64,000 nucleotides of DNA from Patescibacteria group bacterium (lineage in GTDB: Bacteria; Patescibacteriota; Gracilibacteria; UBA1369; PNNO01), in the NCBI GenBank assembly GCA_042568575.1, contig JBHPIO010000005.1, forward strand, positions 17,263 through 81,262, given 5' to 3'. Under the pieces are notes generated by a model that saw nothing but the letters and a program-made list of their open reading frames with translations, was not told the DNA's origin and made no database searches. A program made the position numbers and the translations under genes. Positions 1 through 9,170 of this stretch are shown in pieces; position 1 is the stretch's first letter; every line of letters starts with the position of its first letter.

Positions 1-15
1 CATGCTTACTGAGTC

Positions 16-44
16 TTGAGAAATGGGGTTTTTTGTGCTATAAT
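16..44 (+). promoter_or_regulatory. sigma70-type promoter (TTGAGA-17-TATAAT, extended -10 TG) for the surface-protein operon
   Basis: TTGAGA at 16-21, TG at 36-37, TATAAT at 39-44; first ATG at 89. Confidence 0.6.
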
Positions 45-88
45 AACAGGAAAAAATCAAAATAAACCTTAAAAACTAGGAGCACTTT

Positions 89-1582
89 ATGATTTTGAAT
101 AAAACAAAAACAAAAAAACAAATCTATTCTCTTTTAGTGACAATACTTTTAGTTACTAGTGTTTTTGTGCATACAGGTTATGCATCTTCTTTTAGTTCAA
201 ACTATTCGTTGAATGATGAATCTTTAAGTTATTCTAATAATTCAGATACTTTGGAAAGTTCATCGTACTCGATGGATATGAGTAATCTTTATTGGACTGA
301 TAGGACTGCGGAATCAAGTTCATATAGTGTTATAGATAGTAACAGTGTAGCTGATACTGGATCTAGTGTTACTCCAACCACTCCTGGTACTGGAGTAAGT
401 GGATCTGTTGCTGGAGGAACAAGAGAAAAACCGGATAGCGGTGAATCTGACAGTGCAACATTAATTGCACTTGAAGAAGTGGTTGAAGAGGAAGAAGGGG
501 AGGATTTAAACTTACATTCTTCTCCAGATGAGCCTTTTGAGGATCTTTTTGAAGATCTTTACAGAAGAGCTACCGGGGAAGACTTTGGAGATTTCGTTGA
601 AGAAATTCAGCCAAAACTTGTGGCAAAAGTTGTTTATCCGCAAGTTGATGTTGGTGGAGAAGACAGCGATGCGTGTAGTTTTTCATTCGAAAATAGATTC
701 TTAGGTTCAAATCCATACATGCCAGATACAGATAAAGATGAAATTGAAGATTGCGATGAAGCGCTGATTTATGGTTTGAATCCATTAGTCAATGATGAAA
801 TTGAAGGTTATTTAGGAATTTCAAATATTGAAGGATTAGTTTATACAGAGAAGGCACCACTATTCGTGGGGCATGCAAAAAATCCTATATTTCAAATAGA
901 AATAACTAAAACTGATCCATTTGTTTCCTTTGGATTATTCTTTTTAGCAGTTCAGGGAGATGATAATTTTGCAGAAATTAGTGAGGTTGAGTTTGAAGAT
1001 GGAACGTATGAAGCACACTTGCTTTATGAAGATAACTCTCAGCCAGAAACAGAAATTATAACTATTGATAGTTCTCTTGAATATGAAACTCTTGAATTGT
1101 CGCTTCCGAAAGAAGGTCGATTGGATTCTAAAAATAACATTATTCAAATTAATGGAACTACTGGGGCTTATTACGGCATAGTTGCTGTTTGGGAACATGA
1201 GAGTTTTGTAGATGTTTCGGCAGTTGTGTCAGATTGGGATGGAAATTTCGAGATATATTCGCCGCAAAGTTTAGAAGATGATGAATACAAAGTCACTTTA
1301 TATGCTTTATTAAAACAGGATGACTTGTTGGTTCAAACAAATTATCAAGAAGTAAACTTTAAGCTTGAAAGTGAAGGCGCTTATGTTTTGGAAGAAGCGG
1401 AAAAACAAAATGAATTAAAAATACAACCAAAATTAAAATATTTAAAAGCGGATGTAGGCTCAATTGATCAAATGCATTTGGAACGGTCTACTGAGAATAC
1501 TAATTACATGTACTTACTGTCTTTTAGTATTTTCCTTTTATTTTCATTAGCAACCTTTTTTACATTATGCAGAAAAAAATAA
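89..1582 (+). CDS. Secreted acidic surface protein with C-terminal membrane anchor
   Basis: Signal peptide (…GYA-SS), Ser/Thr/Gly-rich linker, PDTDKDEIEDCDE Ca-binding-like motif, Ig-like beta region, C-terminal TM helix plus RKK. Confidence 0.7.
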   Translation: MILNKTKTKKQIYSLLVTILLVTSVFVHTGYASSFSSNYSLNDESLSYSNNSDTLESSSYSMDMSNLYWTDRTAESSSYSVIDSNSVADTGSSVTPTTPGTGVSGSVAGGTREKPDSGESDSATLIALEEVVEEEEGEDLNLHSSPDEPFEDLFEDLYRRATGEDFGDFVEEIQPKLVAKVVYPQVDVGGEDSDACSFSFENRFLGSNPYMPDTDKDEIEDCDEALIYGLNPLVNDEIEGYLGISNIEGLVYTEKAPLFVGHAKNPIFQIEITKTDPFVSFGLFFLAVQGDDNFAEISEVEFEDGTYEAHLLYEDNSQPETEIITIDSSLEYETLELSLPKEGRLDSKNNIIQINGTTGAYYGIVAVWEHESFVDVSAVVSDWDGNFEIYSPQSLEDDEYKVTLYALLKQDDLLVQTNYQEVNFKLESEGAYVLEEAEKQNELKIQPKLKYLKADVGSIDQMHLERSTENTNYMYLLSFSIFLLFSLATFFTLCRKK

Positions 1583-2976
1583 TCTTAAAAATCGTAAACT
1601 TAATTGTTCTCGTGGTACTTATGAGTAGCGTTGCATATGCTGCAACATCAGTGCCAGAAAAATTTATTTACGAAGGAAGACTTCTTGATAGTACAGGAAC
1701 AACGGCTCTTACAACTGCACACACATTTAGATTTAGTTTGTGGTCAGCGACTGCTGTTGCAGCTGGAGATGTTACTGCCGGAGTAATTAACGTGGCGGCA
1801 CCTAACTATGGGAGTTGGGAAGAAGAACATACAACAACACCAAATTCAGATGGATTTTTTAGCCTGGAATTAGGATCTGTAGTATCTCTTCCAACAATTG
1901 ATTCAACAACTCATTTATATCTTCAAGTTGAAGTAAAAGAATCGGGTGATCCTGTTTCATCTTATGAAATTTTGGATCGTGCTCCTTCTGACGCTCTTGT
2001 TGATAGAGCACCAATCGGAAGCGTTCCTTATGCATTAAATGCGGATACTCTCGATAACGCTGATGTTGGAACAACAACTGGAGATGTCGTTGTTTTAGGA
2101 CCTTCGGATGCATGGCCTGTTTCTACTATTCCTGGTGGAACAAACGAAGATGATTTTGTGCTGGATTCAGATGATGATGCGGCTACTTCGATTGGACTAC
2201 AATTTGGAACTACTCTGAGCAAAGTACTTTCTTGGGACATCGGATCTGCATACTTCAATTTTAATGACGATGTTAATATCGATGGAGACTTAACAATAAG
2301 TGGAACTGTAGATGGCGTTGATGTTGCAACTTTAGATACAACAGTAACTTCACATTTAGACGGAGGAGCTTCAAAACATGACGCTTCGGAAGTGGATGTG
2401 GAAGCAAGCGATGGTCATTACTATTTTGCTGGTGATTTGGAGAGTGCAATCGACGATATCGATGAACAACTGTTCAGTTTATCTAGTTCTACTACTACTC
2501 AAAAAATTATTTTACCTTCAATTTACGAAGGTGTTAGCTACAAAGCAGACGGTTCGAGTAATATTGGACGACTTTATTTTGATCATGATGGTACAAACGA
2601 CAGGAATTATTATGCTTGGACAAGCACTCGTTCTTCACTTCAAGATTATGATGTGATTGTTCAAGTACCACTTCCTAACGACTTTGATTCATGGAATGGT
2701 GCAAGTCCTTGGACATTTAATTATCGTTCATCAAACGCGGCTTCAACAGAAAATAAAGCCGATATCTATATATATGATACAGCTGGAGCACTGGTAACTT
2801 TAACAGGGTCGAGTACAAATCTTGTTAGTACCACTTGGGCTACTACATCACTAGGCAATAGCGGAACACCTACCTTTACGGCTGGTGAAACTTTCTTAAT
2901 CGTAATTAGAATGCACGCCAAATCAAACGAAGAGATGAATATTGGCGAAATCGTTCTAGATTATGCTCAAACTTAA
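1567..2976 (+). CDS. Secreted fibre/adhesin-like protein, paralog of 2995-4062
   Basis: Signal peptide (AYA-ATS); N-domain PEKFIYEGRLLD…SVPYALNAD resembles fibre-like surface proteins; C-domain shared with the next ORF. Confidence 0.65.
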   Translation: MQKKIILKIVNLIVLVVLMSSVAYAATSVPEKFIYEGRLLDSTGTTALTTAHTFRFSLWSATAVAAGDVTAGVINVAAPNYGSWEEEHTTTPNSDGFFSLELGSVVSLPTIDSTTHLYLQVEVKESGDPVSSYEILDRAPSDALVDRAPIGSVPYALNADTLDNADVGTTTGDVVVLGPSDAWPVSTIPGGTNEDDFVLDSDDDAATSIGLQFGTTLSKVLSWDIGSAYFNFNDDVNIDGDLTISGTVDGVDVATLDTTVTSHLDGGASKHDASEVDVEASDGHYYFAGDLESAIDDIDEQLFSLSSSTTTQKIILPSIYEGVSYKADGSSNIGRLYFDHDGTNDRNYYAWTSTRSSLQDYDVIVQVPLPNDFDSWNGASPWTFNYRSSNAASTENKADIYIYDTAGALVTLTGSSTNLVSTTWATTSLGNSGTPTFTAGETFLIVIRMHAKSNEEMNIGEIVLDYAQT

Positions 2977-2994
2977 AATTTAACAACTTGTATT

Positions 2995-4062
2995 ATGGAG
3001 CACAAATACAAAAAAACTCTTCTTTTTTCATTTTTAACCGGACTTGTTTTAGGGTCAGTAGCACTTGCTACACCAGCTTTGGCCGCGACTCCTGGAGATT
3101 TGGTTAATACTGAATCATTCTTCATTATTGATGATGGAGATGGGACAACTGATCTTCAACTACAATTTGGAGATACACTTGCAAAGGTACTTTCATACGA
3201 TATAACAAACAGTCGTTTCAATTTTGACGACAATGTTTATGTTGAGGGTGATGCATCTTTGGAAGGGAACTTATTACTTGATGCAGATGATACTGCTGGC
3301 GATGTGACTATCCAATTTGGAACTACACTTGCAGAAGTAATCCAGTGGGATTCTGGAAATAGTAGATTCAATATTTCTGATAATACTTATGTTGATGGAA
3401 CACTTGAAGTAAATGGAGATGTTTATTTCAACCAGAATGAAGCAATCGATATGGTTTTTCATAGTGGAACAGCATTTCCTAGCACTCCTGTAGAGGGTCA
3501 AACTTTCTATCGAAGTGATCTTAATTCATTTTACATTTATGATGGATCTAGCTGGGTGGCTATGGCTGACGCGGCTGGAGCAGATGTGATCTTTTTAGCA
3601 CCTTTGTATCCTCATACTACATATTATGCGGATGGCGGTAGCAATACAGGTCGGTTAACTTATTATTACGATAATACTAATGTTGAAAATGCATACAGAT
3701 GGACAACAAGTAAGGCAGCTGCACAGGATTACGATACAGTAGTTCGAATTCAGCTTCCTGATAACTTTAGTTCATGGGATTCAACAACACCTATCGAATT
3801 TAAATATCGAACTGACACAACTTCTACTGCACAGAATAAACTTGATTTAACAATGTTTGATACCGCTGACGCAAGCGTTACATTATCAAATAACACAAAT
3901 CTTGCTAGTTCGGGTGCTGGAACTTGGGAAACTTCAACAAATATGGGAATTACAGGTGGAACGTGGACAGCTGGTAGTTGGGTAACTATCAATATTAAAA
4001 CTACTGCAACAAGTGCCGGAGGTGCTGAAGCAGGTTCATTAGTTTTAAACTACAATATCTAG
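2995..4062 (+). CDS. Secreted fibre/adhesin-like protein with an internal repeat
   Basis: Signal peptide (ALA-AT); two QFG(D/T)TLA…SRFN..DN.YV.G repeats; FPSTPVEGQTFYRSD…YDGSSW motif. Confidence 0.65.
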   Translation: MEHKYKKTLLFSFLTGLVLGSVALATPALAATPGDLVNTESFFIIDDGDGTTDLQLQFGDTLAKVLSYDITNSRFNFDDNVYVEGDASLEGNLLLDADDTAGDVTIQFGTTLAEVIQWDSGNSRFNISDNTYVDGTLEVNGDVYFNQNEAIDMVFHSGTAFPSTPVEGQTFYRSDLNSFYIYDGSSWVAMADAAGADVIFLAPLYPHTTYYADGGSNTGRLTYYYDNTNVENAYRWTTSKAAAQDYDTVVRIQLPDNFSSWDSTTPIEFKYRTDTTSTAQNKLDLTMFDTADASVTLSNNTNLASSGAGTWETSTNMGITGGTWTAGSWVTINIKTTATSAGGAEAGSLVLNYNI

Positions 4063-4086
4063 TTTGAATAAACAGGTTTCATATAT

Positions 4087-4121
4087 AAAAAGAGGCACCA
4101 TATAATTGGCGCCTCTTTTTT
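4087..4121. terminator. Bidirectional intrinsic terminator
   Basis: AAAAAGAGGCACCA-TATAAT-TGGCGCCTCTTTTTT between convergent genes. Confidence 0.8.
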
Positions 4122-4130
4122 GTAGTGTTT

Positions 4131-5135
4131 TTACATGTTTGCGCGTGCATCATCTCCCATATCGTTTGCAATCTCTTTAACGCTATCCGAAAGAGCATTC
4201 ACAGAACTATCAATATTTTTTGCTTCTTCTGCAACTGCCCAAGCCTCTGACGCGTGTGTTTCAGCTTCGCTATACTGCCCGTTAATTCCTGCTACTTTTC
4301 CTTTCACAAGATGATCAAAAGCAACTGTGATTTTTTGTGCAGCCTGTACAACTGGCTCCTCAGGAGAAAGTTCAAGAGCATAATTTGCATAATTTAATGC
4401 ATTTGCTGCAGCCGATTCTGCTTTTGCTGTATCATTATTTCCAAGTGCCTGCAAAATTTTAATTATTTCTGCTTCCGTCATGCTTAAGTAAAGCTGAACT
4501 TCTCCACCTTCCATATTAAGCATCAATCTATAAGCTATCTGTGCTACTTCACCCCTAGTTAATTCTTTTCCCGGATAAATATTATTTAGTCCATCTGCAT
4601 TTATTAAATTAGTTGCTCCTGCATAATAAAGGTAAGGAATAAACCATTCATTAAGATCCTGAACATCGTAATAAACAACTTCTGTTGGATTTTCGTAAGC
4701 GCTTAAATTTACGTTATATGACAGGAGTAGGATTTTTAGAAATTCAACAAGATTAACTGTTCTGTCGCCGATAAAGTTTCCAGTTTGTCCGTCTCCACTA
4801 ACAACTTCAAGATCTTTGGCTTTTTTAACATATTTTGCATACCATAAATCGGTAGTTACATCTGGAAAAGGATTCTCTGTTGGGTCTTCAAAAGTTTCGT
4901 AAAGAGGTGCAACAACAATTTTAACAGCTTCTGCACGATTAACTGTATTATCAGGTCTATATGTCCCATCTTCATAACCTTCAATAACACCTTTGCCTTC
5001 TAAATATGAAACCGCTGTGTAATATTCGTGTGATTCAGGAACATCAGAAAATGCTCCAAAAGCAGTATTTGCAAAAATAGGAATTGTGAGAGTGATGACT
5101 GCGAGTAAAGAAAATAGTCGTTTTTGTGTACCCAT
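4131..5135 (-). CDS. S-layer homology (SLH) domain protein
   Basis: FSDVPESHEYY…GVIEGYEDGTYRPDNTVNRAE, FPDV…WYAKYV and LTRGEVA SLH repeats; signal peptide. Confidence 0.85.
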   Translation of the reverse strand: MGTQKRLFSLLAVITLTIPIFANTAFGAFSDVPESHEYYTAVSYLEGKGVIEGYEDGTYRPDNTVNRAEAVKIVVAPLYETFEDPTENPFPDVTTDLWYAKYVKKAKDLEVVSGDGQTGNFIGDRTVNLVEFLKILLLSYNVNLSAYENPTEVVYYDVQDLNEWFIPYLYYAGATNLINADGLNNIYPGKELTRGEVAQIAYRLMLNMEGGEVQLYLSMTEAEIIKILQALGNNDTAKAESAAANALNYANYALELSPEEPVVQAAQKITVAFDHLVKGKVAGINGQYSEAETHASEAWAVAEEAKNIDSSVNALSDSVKEIANDMGDDARANM

Positions 5136-5203
5136 TTTTAAGAGTTTAAGGACTAAAAAGCTCCTTTTCTCATTATAGGTACTTGTAGTTTAAAAGGAAA
5201 GTT

Positions 5204-5563
5204 CTAATTACCTTTCTTTTGGAAAACTTTATGAAGTTCCTTCTTCTGGGCGTGAGTCATTTCGTAATTAAGGAAGAAAGCAAGAAGTGTACGTAAGAAT
5301 ACGAGCACAACCAGGATAATAATATCGTTTAATCCCGGATCAAGCAGCGTTTCGATAATGTCGCGTCCGATAAATACTTCCAAACATAAAATAAGGTAAT
5401 TACTCAGTTCAATTCGAATTTCAGTAATAAGATGACTGATTTGAAGGTGTCTCACTAGGCATGTAGCGAACATAACCACCATTTTTGCGATACCTATGAT
5501 GATTATACTAACGCCAATTACTTCAAGAATGAGGATTACGTATTCGTAGAAAAGAGTAAGCAT
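5204..5563 (-). CDS. DUF1622-like membrane protein
   Basis: RIELSNYLILCLEVFIGRDIIETL…RTLLAFFLNYE pattern, about 3 TM helices. Confidence 0.7.
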   Translation of the reverse strand: MLTLFYEYVILILEVIGVSIIIIGIAKMVVMFATCLVRHLQISHLITEIRIELSNYLILCLEVFIGRDIIETLLDPGLNDIIILVVLVFLRTLLAFFLNYEMTHAQKKELHKVFQKKGN

Positions 5564-5661
5564 TTTGTTTTTTATTTATGTTTATCACACAATTCTACCA
5601 GATTTTAGGGCTTTTGGGTAGGGGGTTTGTTTTAAATAAGGCAATGATAGAAAGAAAAACT

Positions 5662-5689
5662 TTGACATATCGCAGAATAAAACTATAAT
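5662..5689 (+). promoter_or_regulatory. Consensus sigma70 promoter TTGACA-16-TATAAT for the cyclase gene
   Basis: TTGACA 5662-5667, TATAAT 5684-5689, ATG at 5714. Confidence 0.75.
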
Positions 5690-5713
5690 ACTATCCTCTG
5701 AAACTAAATATTT

Positions 5714-8506
5714 ATGCCTGAGGTAAATGAGGAGCAAATTAGGGATTATGAAGTGTTTATAAGTAAGCAACTTTTGGAATTGTGGGAACAGCCAACTGAT
5801 GATGTTTCCGAGCGTGTTCAGCGTGCTCTTGAGATTACTGCAGAAGCTGATGAACTTTTGTCTCCTGAGCAGAAGGTTACTTTGGCATATGCAATAAAAG
5901 CATTAATGAAAGGTTCTAGAAGTAAAATTAAATTGGATCTTGGGATGGATTTTTATAATCAATTGGAATTATCAATACAGCAAATTATAGATAGTAAAGG
6001 AGGATCCGGTCCTGGATTTATGGAATTACATAGAGCAGTGACAACAAGATTAGATGAAATGGATGAATTATCAGAAACTGATGAAGATGTGCTGCAGGCA
6101 GAAATTGAAATAGCTCAAATTAAGGCTACAGTTCTTAAAATATTGAGATCAATGGTTGCAGATAGGAAAGAATTAGCTTTGGCAGAAAAAAAAGTAGATA
6201 TGAATGAAGCTTTTGATGAGTTGGATGATGAACTTCGTGAAAAGAAACTTTTTGAAGAGATTATGGGTGATATGCTGGATTTATTGCGGGACGAACTTGA
6301 AATTAGGGGGGCGGCAATTTTTTATAATGAGCCATTGAAAGCAAGCATTGTATTCGATGATGACAATATGCCTGAGGCAAATATTGGAGCTCGAAAAATT
6401 CTTTCAACTGCAGAAATTTCTCAAGGGAACGTAAGAAAAGCTCTAAGTTTGACGAAGGATGAATTAGATGAAGGTGCGGAGCATGCTAGCCAAGAAATTG
6501 AGGTTGGTGAAGGAGTAAATACATATTGGGTTATGCCTATTGAAATACGAGAATTGAGGCAGAAACTTGGGAGCCTTGTTTTGGTAACAGAGGGGAATGC
6601 AGATGCAATTGACGATGATTTTATTGAGTTACTACGATATGTTGAGTCACATGTCGATTCAGTTGTAGATGAGGCTATGAATAATATGTGTAAACAAAGG
6701 TTGGCTGTCATAGCTCATGGAATATCTACTTCTACCAATATTAGTAATTTGCCAAACGCCTATGAAAAATATCTGAGTTTATTACAAAAAGTTTTAGGAG
6801 TAGAAATTACGTTTGTTTATAATGAGAAGTTTAATGATAATGGCAGACAAGGATTCAGAGTAACTCAAAATGGTATTATTCCTATTGGAAATGAAGAAGC
6901 ACAATCTTTATTTATAGATGACCAAGGTGATAATGGTGAATGGGGTGATAATGGTTATTTTGTAAGTTTATTTGATAAAAGGGGTGATTTGATTACAGAG
7001 ATTGCCAGAAAGCAGGGTGAATCTGTACCTGATTTTGAACCATTCTGTGCTGGGACAGTTATTATTGAAGGAACAAAACCCATAACTGAAGGAGATAGAG
7101 AACGAATAGATATTATTATTAGAGCTTTGCATCAGGATGTTTTAGAAAGAAGAGGAGAGCATGACAAGTTAACTATGGGAATGGGTAGGTATGTTGCAGA
7201 ATATGCTTTAGAGGGGGAATTAGCTCTTAAAGGTACTTTTCCTGCTGCAATTTGTTTTGTTGATGTTGTTGGATCTACGGAGTTATGTACAGAAATAGGT
7301 GCACCTGAATATGCAGATGGTTTGAATGTATGGTATAGCGGAACATCTGAAATTGAAGCAAAGAGAGATAGGCCTGGTCATGTTGATAAATATATTGGCG
7401 ATGGAATAATGATGACGGCTGGAGTTCCATGTAGGGCGGATGGGTCCAGTTTTTCTGGTGATTCGCATAATAAAAAAGGAGAATTTTTATTAAATATATT
7501 TAGAAATTTAAATCGAACAAAAAAGCAGCGTGGGGGTGGTAAAGGGGGAAGTCTTAATGCAGGAATTGCTTATGAAGATAAAGTTGAAGTCCGAATGTTA
7601 GGAAGAAAAGGTGGAAAAGGAGAAGCAAAACGAATGGAATATACTGTTATTGGGGATGCAGTACATATTGCTGCTCGTTTAGAAAGTGTAGCTGAAGATG
7701 GCGAGACACTAATACGACTTAAGGATTTCGAATATCTTCGTAAACATATAGAGCTTCTTAAAAATAAAGGAGAGTGGAATGAAAATGATGTTGAAAATAT
7801 TCAAAGAGGAGTCCCTACTTGTACTTTATTAAAAGGATTATTTGATCCTCATGAGATTGTTAGTACAATTACAACGGAGGAATTAGAAGAGATGGAACGA
7901 AAGCAAGAAGAAGTTTTCCGATCTAAAAATGTTGAAGAAATTACATTTCATTCTGCTGCAGATATTCCAAATGGTGATTATGAATTTAGATATAATGATT
8001 CGGGTGAGGATTTAGATCATGGGCAGATAGATATAAACTATAGAGGTGCATTTTATAAAGCTGATATCCCGTTATCTGAATTGCCACAGCCAGTTACAAA
8101 ATGGGTTTCAATTAAGGTGCATAAAGAAATCTTAGCAGGAGATAAGCCAAAAAGGATACTGCGAGCTCAAAATGGTAAATTATTTATTATAAATTATGAA
8201 TGTGTGGAAATTATGCAAGCAGAAAGGGTTCAGGCTTTAAAGAATCAAGCGAAAGAATATGGATTAAGTTCGATTCATCGTAGAGACTTGGTTGGTGGAG
8301 ACTATGCTGTTAAGTCATTTTCTTTATTAGACGATGGGTGTTTTGAGTTTGATTTGATGCGAGGTTCAAAGAAACTAAAAGTAATTATTCCTGGAGATAG
8401 TTTTGATACAGATGTTGTTAATCCAAAAGTTATTTCATGTCGTTCAGGAAGATTTTCTTGCAGGGATGAAGGAGACCCTGAATGGGCTTACATGAGTGCA
8501 GCATAG
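5714..8506 (+). CDS. Class III adenylate/guanylate cyclase domain protein with GAF-like N-terminal region
   Basis: ICFVDVVGSTEL, VDKYIGDGIM and EYTVIGDAVHIAARLES motifs. Confidence 0.8.
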   Translation: MPEVNEEQIRDYEVFISKQLLELWEQPTDDVSERVQRALEITAEADELLSPEQKVTLAYAIKALMKGSRSKIKLDLGMDFYNQLELSIQQIIDSKGGSGPGFMELHRAVTTRLDEMDELSETDEDVLQAEIEIAQIKATVLKILRSMVADRKELALAEKKVDMNEAFDELDDELREKKLFEEIMGDMLDLLRDELEIRGAAIFYNEPLKASIVFDDDNMPEANIGARKILSTAEISQGNVRKALSLTKDELDEGAEHASQEIEVGEGVNTYWVMPIEIRELRQKLGSLVLVTEGNADAIDDDFIELLRYVESHVDSVVDEAMNNMCKQRLAVIAHGISTSTNISNLPNAYEKYLSLLQKVLGVEITFVYNEKFNDNGRQGFRVTQNGIIPIGNEEAQSLFIDDQGDNGEWGDNGYFVSLFDKRGDLITEIARKQGESVPDFEPFCAGTVIIEGTKPITEGDRERIDIIIRALHQDVLERRGEHDKLTMGMGRYVAEYALEGELALKGTFPAAICFVDVVGSTELCTEIGAPEYADGLNVWYSGTSEIEAKRDRPGHVDKYIGDGIMMTAGVPCRADGSSFSGDSHNKKGEFLLNIFRNLNRTKKQRGGGKGGSLNAGIAYEDKVEVRMLGRKGGKGEAKRMEYTVIGDAVHIAARLESVAEDGETLIRLKDFEYLRKHIELLKNKGEWNENDVENIQRGVPTCTLLKGLFDPHEIVSTITTEELEEMERKQEEVFRSKNVEEITFHSAADIPNGDYEFRYNDSGEDLDHGQIDINYRGAFYKADIPLSELPQPVTKWVSIKVHKEILAGDKPKRILRAQNGKLFIINYECVEIMQAERVQALKNQAKEYGLSSIHRRDLVGGDYAVKSFSLLDDGCFEFDLMRGSKKLKVIIPGDSFDTDVVNPKVISCRSGRFSCRDEGDPEWAYMSAA

Positions 8507-8561
8507 AGATAAATTTTATGCTACAATCGTTTCCGTTGTAGTACGTAATTTTTTCGTATAA

Positions 8562-9170
8562 ATGGAAAACAAAACTCTCTATTTTATTCGTCACGCGCAG
8601 TCTGTTTATAATGAGATGGGTTTGATTCAAGGGGATTTGGATCCGGCGCTTTCTGAAAAGGGGAGGAAGGATGTTAAAGAGCATGCACCTTTGTATGAGG
8701 TGCTTGAATTGAAGCATATTGCACATTCGCCTTTGTTGCGCGCAAAAACTACTGCAGAAACAATTGGAGAGACGCTTAATATTCCCACTTCAACTTGGCC
8801 AGGTTTAGAGGAAATGGATTTTGGAAAGTGGGATTGTCAGATGAAATTTGAAAATTGGGCACAATTTAGAACTGATTTTTATCAACATGGGATGGCTCCT
8901 CCGGGAGGTGAGTCAAAACGTCAAGTTTATGAAAGAGTGGAGAATGAAGTTATCAATATTTGTAATGAAACGAGTGATGATCCGGTGATGATTGTGTGTC
9001 ATGGGATGGTTATGAGAATACTTCTTGGTGAATGGTTCACAAATTCGTCTGAAAAAGAATTGAGGGCGATTGAAATGCCGAATCTTGCTTTATATAAGGT
9101 TGATGTGAAATATGATTCGCAGCAAATAAGACCGCAGAATTATGAATTAATAGATATTCATGAAGGTTGA
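8562..9170 (+). CDS. Histidine phosphatase (phosphoglycerate mutase) family protein
   Basis: LYFIRHAQS, SPLLRAKTTA, LEEMDFGKWD, IVCHG. Confidence 0.9.
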   Translation: MENKTLYFIRHAQSVYNEMGLIQGDLDPALSEKGRKDVKEHAPLYEVLELKHIAHSPLLRAKTTAETIGETLNIPTSTWPGLEEMDFGKWDCQMKFENWAQFRTDFYQHGMAPPGGESKRQVYERVENEVINICNETSDDPVMIVCHGMVMRILLGEWFTNSSEKELRAIEMPNLALYKVDVKYDSQQIRPQNYELIDIHEG

